DNA from: Candidatus Omnitrophota bacterium
Lineage (GTDB): Bacteria; Omnitrophota; Gorgyraeia; Tantalellales; Tantalellaceae
NCBI GenBank assembly: GCA_015231405.1
Contig: JADGBR010000009.1
Coordinates: 25,423-89,422 of the forward strand
Direction of reading: 5' to 3'
Length of the DNA: 64,000 nt
This document shows positions 12,601 to 21,600 of this stretch, piece by piece. The notes below the pieces were generated by a model. The model saw only the letters and a list, made by a program, of their open reading frames with translations. It ran no database searches and was not told the DNA's origin. The first letter of the stretch is position 1. Each line of letters starts with the position of its first letter. A program made the position numbers and the translations under genes.

Positions 12601-15600
12601 GAGGAGTTTAATGTCGATCTGGTTGCTTGTCATGAAAGCCTTCAGACCCATAAGGGTATAAAGGTCGTCCTCGTAAGCGACCCTTTTCTGTTTCGTGTAC
12701 ATACCGCTATCTTTGAAAGCCGCGGAAAAAGGCTGGGTTCCGTCAAGGTTAAGGGGCGCCGCTGTGACAGGGGGCCTGAAATTATTGATATCCTCGAGAT
12801 GCTCGGTACCGAAACTCGCGTCCCACTTTACCGCGTTCGGGCTGTACTGCCTGAAAAGTCTCATCCCTATGTTATACCAGCCTTCTTCGACGAATCCGTC
12901 TATGGTCCTCACATAATGAGCCCCGATATGCTCGCGCCTCAATAACCCCTTCATAGTCGGCGTCAGTTCCCCTATCCCCTCCATAGCCACAAGAGCGTCT
13001 ATGAACTTCCTGGAAAGACTCCTCGGCATGGCGGCTTCCATCTCTTTCTGCCATCTCATATAATCTTCTCTGTTCCTGACCTTTAAAAGATCGTTCTCGC
13101 ATTTTTTCTCCCATTCCCTCATCTCCCGTTCATCAGTGGTCTGCCACTTGCGGTCCATGGCGATATTTACCCTAAAAAGGAGGGTTTTCCTAGCCGAAGC
13201 GAGCATCTCTAGCCTCTTCTGGAGCTCGCCGGCGAGTTTCTCGTTCTTTTCATCCACCGCTTTCTTTATTCGGACCTTTAGTTCTTCTATATCCGCCTTC
13301 AATTTCTCGGCCTCCTTCCTCTCCTTTAAACCCCCGAAATACGCCGAGAATTTTTTTACTTCTTCCCAATCCCTGGAAGTCATGACACCGGGCTTTAAAC
13401 CCTTCACCCGGTAATATTCGTTCCGTGACTGGAGGTATAAAAGCTCTCCAAGTTTGTTCCCGAAATCCTTGTCGATGGCCGATAGCTCGGCGTTCTCGGC
13501 GCTTGAAAGGAGACCCGAGGCGAAAGTCCCGAGATAATGATGCGGCGGAACTATCTCAGCCGCTATTGTAGTTGCCATTTCGGCCATTTTCCTCGTATTG
13601 AAACCTCTCGACGGATTCATCTTTATATAATCCGAAAGGAACCTGTTCCACCTTTCTCTCGAAAGTTTGGACGCCGCGTCCTTGTTGAATACCTGCATCG
13701 CGGCGATCAGATAATCGACGTCCTCGGCGTTGACAGGAACATTCGGGAGTTTCGGAACTATTTTTCCCCCGGCCGCCATGACCCCTAGCTCCCTTGCTTT
13801 TTTCACCTGAAGCGCCGTCAGTTGTTCCTTCCTATCCGCCGGAAGCGAAGCTATCTTACCCCGAAGGTATTCAGTCACCGCAGCCAGCCATTTTTCGTTC
13901 ATCCTATTGTCCTTAACTTGAAGCATCTTCTCGAGCTCCTCCAGCCTGAAGGCTTTTTTCGTGGCGGCATCAAGAAACTCATTCATCGCGGCCATGGCCG
14001 CCTCTATCTTTCCTATCGCCTCCTTGGCTCGCTCCTCCTGGTTTATTTTTTTGGCGTTAAGCTCGGTTATTACCGCCTTGAGCCATGGGATATTAAGCTT
14101 GTTAGCGCCAAGAGCGTTCCTCCTTGCCTCGACAATGTCCCTGTCTACACCGGCCGGAAGCGTTTTTTCCAGATGGGCTATAAGTTCTTCGGCCTTTTTC
14201 TGGACTGCTTCAAGCTCTTTTTTAGCGAGTTCGTCCGAAAGCATCTTAACTGCTTTTTCCATCTCATCCCTTTTACCCTTAAGGCCCCTTATCCACTCGG
14301 TCCATGTATCAGTCTGTTCCTTGGGATAAAATTTTTTCAGACCTGAGATCAGACGGGCGGCGTCGGCTACCAGCCCTTTTGTATCGTCTACCCCAAGTTT
14401 GTCCTCGGCTTTGACTTTCGCCGCTTGAGTCGCTTGGACCTTATCTTTAAGGGCGAGACTTGAAAGAGTCCCTTCAAGCCTTATTTTTATGGTATCTATG
14501 GGAGTTTTGCCCACGGCGTCCTCTAGTGCCGCTATTTCGGACGCCGAATAGGGCCGCCCCGCGAGTTCCCTCTCCTTTTTCATTGCAGCCACATAGGCCC
14601 GCCTTATTCCCTCCTGCGAACTCGCGAAACTCAGTCTCTTTTCCCTAATTATCGCCTCAGCGTCGAGAAGGGCCTTATCCGACGTTCTAATGAATTCCCG
14701 GATAGCTTCATCGTCCTCATGTTTTACCCAGTCCTCTATCTTCCTGCCGCGTCCGATTATCCCGCCGACACCCTCTGCTCCAAGCTTATTGCCGCTAACT
14801 ACGGCTTTTTTCTCCAGGTCCAGCCTCTGCCTGACGGCGTTCTCAGCTACCGTAACCGCCACTTTCAGCTTGTCCTTATCCGTGAATTTTCCGGCTTCCG
14901 TTTCCAGGGCCAGCCGTGCCTCATCCGTGCATCCGGGGATAAGAGCGGCTCTTGCTTCTACCCATCGCCTGACTAGCGGCCTCATCTCCGCCTCAAATTG
15001 TTTCTGGGGGAGGCTCTCCTCGAGAGCTTTCGTCTCAGCCCTTCCTTTAATGAGCGTTTCTAATCCATTAACAGCCTCACGAAGCCTGTCATAGGTCATC
15101 TCGTCAGCTATTTTCTCAAGATCTTCCCGGCTCTTATCGCCGTAAAGATCATTAGCGTCGGGGGCAAGCTCGACGAATTTCTTAGCGAGAAAGGTTTTCC
15201 ACTGAACATTTGTCCGGAGCTTTCCGATCAATTCGTCCAGGAACGACGTCTCTTCGACCGGAGTTCTTGTCCTGGCGTTTTCGGCAAGGTATTTCATATA
15301 CTGTTCCACAGGTATTTTATGGATTTTCTCTACAAGAGCCGCCGCTTCATCCCGTTTAGCCTGGATCCCATTCATTATTCTTATTTCTTCTAAAAGCTCA
15401 TCCAGGCTCATGTTCAGAGATACGTCATAAACGGCACCGAACTCCTTGCCATATAGCCGTTCCTGTTTATCACGGTACTCTACTCTCGCCGCTTCCGCTC
15501 GCTCGACATTTTTTGCCAGTTCCCTTTCTTTATCCCGAAGGGACTTAAGGTCACGAAGCTCTCTGAATATTTTTTCCCCCAGTGCCTCATGTCCTTTCGG

Positions 15601-18600
15601 ATCCGTCTTTTTCAGGGATCCGGTTATGGATCTCTTGACCCTTTCCACAGAAAAATAATAAGTAATACCTTCTTCCAGTTCTTTCTTATCGAACCCCGCC
15701 GCTTTCTCTTCCAATTTCTCTTTTGTCGTATCGGGAAAAGCCGCCAGACCGCCTCTCACGAATGAGTGCCTGGCGATATCAGTTTCATGCTCGGTTATGG
15801 ACCTTTCCAGGCCATCCTTGTCCATTGTTTCATATACTCCCAGATCGGTCATCTTGAAATCGGCATGAGCTCTTACATGTTTATTCCTGGCGTCAGCCCT
15901 CAAGGCCTTCATCTCCTCGGTATCAGGAACGGCCTCTTTGACCCCTTCATCCGGCGGTCCCGCTCCCCCGGCGCCCTCAGGCTCCGGAGCAGCTTCTCCC
16001 AAGTCCGCCATAGCTAACATTTCATCGAAGACATCCTCTTCGACGCTGTCCGCCAGTTCCGTCGCCGCTTCCCGAGTTCCGTCGAGTGGAGCTAACGGGT
16101 CGGCCTCCGTGCTGACCGGTGTCACTACCGGCACAGCCAGTATGTCCGCGACCGTTACCTCTTTACCCTCCCATATCCTCCTAAAATTATCCCGGACCTG
16201 AGCCACCGCCCCTTCTTCATAAACGTGGCTCACATATCTCGAACTCGCCTGTTCCACCATACTCCCGGAGGCGATCGACGGGATAGCCATTATTATGCCG
16301 GCTTGCATTACAAGCTGGGTCATTTTCCGCGAATCCGCTATTACCCCCGCTATCTTCCCCGAAAATCCGGTCAACTCTTCGCCGCTGGCAAGGCGCCTTA
16401 CAAGCCCTTTCCTGTACGAAATGATGGCCATGACAATTCCGGCCACGGTAAGGATGAAAGCGCCAACGCTCCCGGCCAAAACCGCGATCGAAGTCCCCAG
16501 GGCCATTGTTTTAGCGACCCCTGTGACCGTTCCGAGAATAGCCGCTAAGCCTAAAGCCCCGAGAACCAGCATCCTCACGTCAACCGCTCCTGACCACACC
16601 ATGCGTTTCCCGACGCCCAACAATTTGCTCCCGCCGAAAGTTTTGTGCTCAATTTCAGAAAAACGCGCCGAAACATAGGGTAGGCCGACGAGATAGAGAA
16701 GCGCGAGAGTGAACGTCACTATAGAACCCAAAAGCATTACGAGGCTTACAGCGCCGATGAACTGTCCGGTATAAATGGCCGTGCCGTAGAGAAGGGCTAC
16801 AGCTACGCCTGAAGCGAGGAGCCCCTCGGCCCTTTTCAGCCTGGCCGCGCTTGAATCCTCGAGCACTCTGTCGTACTGGCTCCTTTCCAACTCCCTTATC
16901 CCTATTCCGATCAAAGTTATCGCGCCGGCGCCGATCATAAGGCCGGGAACATTCGTGAACATAAAGAGAAGCGCTATCCCCGAGATGACCGTCATACCTG
17001 TCGTAAGAGCGGAAAAGAACCTTTTCATATCATCCGTTTTAACTAGTTTCGGAGTTATGACTTCGCGCCGTGATATCATCCTCGCCTTGGCAACGGCCAA
17101 AATGATGGATGATATTACACCGGCACCGGCCATAAGCGCGATTAGAGGTAAAAGCACCGGGACCGCTCTCGGAAGTGCTACCGCCGATATCATGGCAAGG
17201 ACAGACCCTACGGGGGCGAACGACGACACCATAATTAAAGCCATAGCCGGGACCGCTTTCACCGCTCCCAGCCAATCCTTTGCATCCAGAGAGCCTTTCA
17301 AAACAAGCTCAATATTTTCTTTACCTTTATATATCTCGCCAAACTTGGCCACATGACTCCGGTAAATAGAAAAAGCCAGGAATATCAACCCTACAGCCGC
17401 CACCACCCACAGACAGGCAGGCATCACGGTGTATATATCCGTTATCAGGAATTTTACATGCCCGCTCATCGCAGTTTCGCCTATCCCACTACCATCCGAA
17501 ACAAAGCTCATGACGCTTGTGAGCTTCATGGCTAAATTCATTACCTGCCATGAAAGGGCTATTATCACGCCGCCGAAAACTAAGCCCGGAAGGACTTTAA
17601 GCACTCTTTTCCCTCTTTCAGCGGCCGTCTTTGGCTCGAGTTCGCGTTTCAACATATCGGATATACTCAGATCCTCTCCCCTCACTCCGGCCCCTATCAA
17701 TATTTCCCTTGAAAGATCGGCGTTCATATAAGCCACGGCATATTTGAAAGCTTTTTCCGAAGCGCTACTGAACTCCCCGAAGACCTTTTCCTGGGACCTT
17801 GCGGCAACAGCCCTCCATCGGGCGTTCCTTACCTCAAGGCTGAGTCTGTGCTTGACCTCGGAAACCTTATCGAAATAATAGCTCGAAAAAGCGTTGTCCA
17901 TTATCTGTAAAAGCCCTTTACGAAAATCTGCCATATTGTTTTTCGCAACTTTAGCGGCTATAAGGTCTAAATCCTTTATTAAACTCTTTAGTTTCTGGTC
18001 GTTAAAACGCCCCTCGACTACCGCGGCCCGAATATCCAGAAATGCAGCTTTTCTGGCCTCAACCTCGGCCTCAAAACGCGCTTCCTCGCCGAACCCTCGT
18101 ATCCTTGAATCCATTATCGCCCTTCTTATCGAGCCGATAAGGCTTTCGACCTGGCCGGGCCTTATCCCTACCTTCGATGCTATGAACCCTGACTCAGGTT
18201 GACCGTTGAACAATTTCCCGAGCGACGCTCGCGCGGTCTTTACGCCGCTATCTTCTTTGTATTTCGCGAATATCGGATCGCCAAGCGACCAGTACGCCGT
18301 CCACCTGCCCATTTCTCCCGGTCGCCTCGCGACACGGCGCCTGAACTGAAGGTCGGTAGCCATAACCTCGTCAATATAGGTCGAGTACGCCGAGATGCCT
18401 TCCCTCGCGGATATGACGCCCCTTAGCGCGATATCCATGCCGCGGCTTCCGCGGTTGGACACGATCGTTATCATCCCGTCGTTTCCGCCTGTATCCTCTA
18501 TCCTTTTAATATCCGCGTCCGAACCGGACGCAAAAATATTTATCCGCTCCTTTGCGATAGCCGCGCCTAAAGCCTTCTCGATGCCTTTAATTATGACCTC

Positions 18601-21600
18601 TATCTCCCCGTCCATAGCCTTTATAAGGATAGGCGCGTTGCTATTGACCTTTTCCGCTATATCCCGTAACATGGCCTTTTCTTTTTCTTTTTCGTTACGG
18701 AATAACATTATTGTATCCTCGCCAAGGCTCATATATCTGTCCGGTATGACAGGCTCGACGACTTCCTTATTATGTACCCTCATCATGAACTCTTTGTCCA
18801 TAGTGCCGCTAGCGCCCGCAAAATCGGCGATAATGTCCCTATTTTGTAGAAATGACTGAAGCATGCTGACGTTCCGCGTGGCGTGTTCGAGGTTCACTTC
18901 AACATTCTCTTTAGCCTCTATCGCCGCGTGAAGGCCGAAAGACCATCTTCTTCCTTCCATTTCTTTTCCTTCGGTCGCGTCGATAAGCACAACCTCGCCG
19001 TTTTTTACCATGTAATCCCTGCCGCGTTTGTAACAAACGGCCGCGGTTAAAGCCTGCTCCACGAGATATTTCCAGCCGAGGAGATCATTATGATCAAGAT
19101 CGGTCTCGCCCACTTCCCCGGGGTTGGCCCTGAGTACATTCCTCAGGCATTCCTCGCCATCACCCGTCAACGTCACTGTTTGAGACGCGGCTTTGGAGAG
19201 ATCCACTAGTCCGGGCACGGTCTTGGCCCGCTTTATGATAAACTGGGCCATCTGTCGGGCCACGATAAAACTCTTTCTTATCTTTTCGGCTTCCTTTTTA
19301 TCCCCACCGGAAATGACAAAAGGCGTCATGATCTGGTATATGAGCGCGGAGTCCGCCTCGTCGAAAAGCGCGAACCATTTCCTGGCGGAGAAAGCTATTT
19401 CCCCTTTTTCGACAGCCAGTTCTTCGGATTGGCGCCTGTGCACGAATTTGTCGATCTTTCCGTAAATAATATTGGCTTTCCGATAAAGCTCCGTAGCCGG
19501 CACGGGATCCTTGCCCATTTTTCCCGTTAATGGATCATATAAATACCCTATATCCCGCCCTTCCTTATTCCGGCCCGCGGCGTACCCGCATACAAGCCCG
19601 AACGGCTCGAGCATCTTCGCCGCCGATTCCGCGTCCCTAGCCGCAAGGTCGTCGCTTGAGGTAACGACAAGAACGCCCTTGTCCATCGCGCTATATCCTT
19701 TTTTAACGGCCAGCATATAAGCACAGAGCCTGAGAGCAAGTGTCTTCCCGAATCCCATCGGTATCTGGTACATCTTCCCTTCCGCCATGTTTCTGGCCGC
19801 ATCCGCCTGTATGGCGAGTTTACCTATATCGGGAGTGCCGCCCGTAGCTTGAAACATGTCTATTTCCCGTTCGAGCATGATCCTCAGGTCTTTTTCCCTG
19901 CTTAACAGCTCGGTTTTAGTTATGTCAGCGTTCAATGGAATTATCGGGCTTCTCCCTAGGAGAGGATTAATAAAGGCTGACAGAAGGGTTGCGACCAGTA
20001 TAAGCCTGGCCACGATCCAGTTCTTTCTCGGAGCGGGCGCTTTCGTCAGATCCTGAGCCGGCTCTTCTTCCGGTACGGCGATCTCGAAGGTTTCGGCCAT
20101 AACGGGTTCCTCTATCGCGGCGGGGACAGCTCCATCGGAAGTATTCGGCTCAGGCGATATGGCCGCGACGGTCCCACTTTCGATTAGACTTGCATCCGGT
20201 ATATCCGCCGTAACAGGGGCCGGTGATCCTATCTCGGGATAGACCACGGCTTTAGCCTTTTCCGCTATGATCTCGCCGGCTCTATCGATCTTCCGCTGTC
20301 TTAAAGCGGCCAGCTCTTCCCTTATCGAATCCGGATCTTTAGCCATCCAGGCTTTAAGCTCAGTCACTCCGGGTTCTTCGACCTTTGGATGATCAGCGCC
20401 GAGTTCCGCGCCGTAGGTTCTTTCCATATGATCGTTGATCCCCTGTATCGTCCGAGCTGCAAGAAGCATCCTTTCGAACCTGGGCTTCCAGTTCCTGCCG
20501 AAAGACATGAGAGACCTACCCCTCCCCTTATAGATGTCTACCCCGGCATCGGAGAGCATATTTATCTGTTCCTTAAGGAATTCCAGGTCGAAATCCGAAG
20601 ATATGATCTTTTTGATCGCGGCCGTTTCTTTTATACCCAGCGCCCTGAATACGTCTTGTTTGGTCAGGGCTTCGGCAACCCAAAGTTTACGGACCATCAC
20701 AGTAATATCCTCTGTTACGTTCCCTGTGACTAGAAGTTTAGGGTGTTTCCTTATAATATACGCCTCGTCGGTCTTTGTGACATACCATTTGAGGCTGCTT
20801 TGTATCGACCGCGAGAACACCGTGCCCGAAGCCAATTCCTCTCGGGTAACAGTTGTTCCAAGCTTTTCACCCGCGTCCTCGACCGCTTTCAGGAAAAGCC
20901 CGAGAGCTTTCCTTAAAACGCCGTCAAAATTGGCGATATCGACGACATTGCCATGCCTTGTCCTCATTAAAGACAGCAAGGCGTCCTGATGGATCTTTCT
21001 CATGAGAAGAAAGTTATACACATCCTTGGTAGAAACGGCCGTCTCTTCGACTCGCGGATCGGCCATCCCCGAAGCTAAAACCAGGTGCCCGATCTCATGC
21101 CGTAGGGCCCATGCCACCGCCGGAGCGACGCACATGTACACATCTTTCCTTTTAAACCTGGTTATATTTTCAGCGACATATATCGCCTTCTCAAGGAACC
21201 TGGCGTCTATTTCGACAACACCCCTCACGGAGTCTATGCTCATAACTTTCTGTTTGACCGTTCCATATTTGATCTCTAAGGCCTTACCGGCGAGGAACAT
21301 CTTTTCTTCCGCGCTTAATAGGCCCATCATATCCCCGACAACGGCGATCATTTTAGCGTCGAGCCCTGTTCCGGACAGCGAGATCCGTCCTCTGTCGTCG
21401 AACCGGCCGCTAAAAACACTTGTGCCGGCTCCCTTAGCCATTGCTACAGCGTTACCCTGGCCGGCCGCCCGCGCTTTTAATTGCCCGTGCCTTTCTTTTT
21501 CTTTAGTCGCCATTGTCCTGAATATATATTCGTTCCCCTCCTTATCCAAAGCTATTTCATCGGGCGAACCCTTGTCATCGTTCGATATCGTAGCGGTGCG

